From Myxococcales bacterium (GTDB taxonomy: Bacteria; Myxococcota_A; UBA9042), in contig JBBISH010000038.1 of NCBI GenBank assembly GCA_037441385.1, positions 1 to 47,574 of the forward strand: a stretch of DNA of 47,574 bases, read 5' to 3'. Numbering within the stretch: position 1 is the first letter of the stretch; every line of letters begins with the position of its first letter. Shown here piece by piece: positions 47,361 through 47,574 of this stretch. The position numbers were made by a program, and so were the translations under genes. The notes under the pieces are model-generated. The model was not told where the DNA came from, did no database searches, and worked only from the letters and a program-made list of their open reading frames with translations.

Positions 47361-47573
47361 CTACTCCAAGGGATCAGCGGGCGCGACCTCACCCGCCTGC
47401 AGCGGCAGTTCGACCCGCGCCACCGTGCCCACACCGGCTTGGCTGCGCAGCATCAAGTCGCCGCCGTGGTCGCGGACCGCGCGCCGGGCAATCGGCAGGC
47501 CAATCCCCGTCCCCTCGCCCACGGCCTTGGTGGTAAAGAACGGTTCGAACACCCGCGCCAGCGTGTCCGCCGC
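47361..47573 (-). CDS. C-terminal HATPase fragment of an NtrB-like sensor histidine kinase (runs off the window)
   Basis: VFEPFFTTK...GEGTGIGL...HGG...GVGT. Confidence 0.9.
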   Translation of the reverse strand, partial: AADTLARVFEPFFTTKAVGEGTGIGLPIARRAVRDHGGDLMLRSQAGVGTVARVELPLQAGEVAPADPLE

Positions 47574-47574
47574 A

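Noticed and set aside
1..47574. tRNA, rRNA, integrase, transposase or reverse transcriptase genes
   Set aside because: None recognised by eye; covariance-model searches were not possible, so small RNAs could have been missed.

Overview
High-GC window, probably from a Myxococcota/deltaproteobacterial genome (inferred from a TIGR04551-like barrel, many lipoproteins and sigma54-type promoters). From left to right it holds: a VWA/Asp-box/OmpA lipoprotein; a copA-DUF3347-like-amidohydrolase-pair operon; a polyhydroxyalkanoate (PHA) locus with two class III phaC genes, a short phaE-like gene, phaR, fadD, an outer-membrane barrel, a lipoprotein esterase and two paralogous lipoproteins; a heme-c hybrid histidine kinase; putA; a rhomboid protease; and a HEAT-like lipoprotein. 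A defence-like island of about 13.5 kb (29.6-43.1 kb) follows, bounded by two inverted REP-like copies. It carries a Type ISP restriction-modification enzyme, an ABC ATPase plus PD-(D/E)xK-like gene pair, an NDT/TIR-like protein, a zinc-ribbon membrane protein, an RNA ligase and an ATPase / degenerate-ATPase / HxH three-gene unit. At its right edge is a helical-repeat gene followed directly, and in frame, by a degenerate array with exact 21-nt periodicity, which is the most unusual signal in the window. The right end has a porin remnant, a collagen-stalked multiheme cytochrome, back-to-back sigma54-type promoters, a cytochrome c'-like gene, a REPIN-like element and a truncated histidine kinase. 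All family assignments come from motif recognition by eye; no database searches were run.
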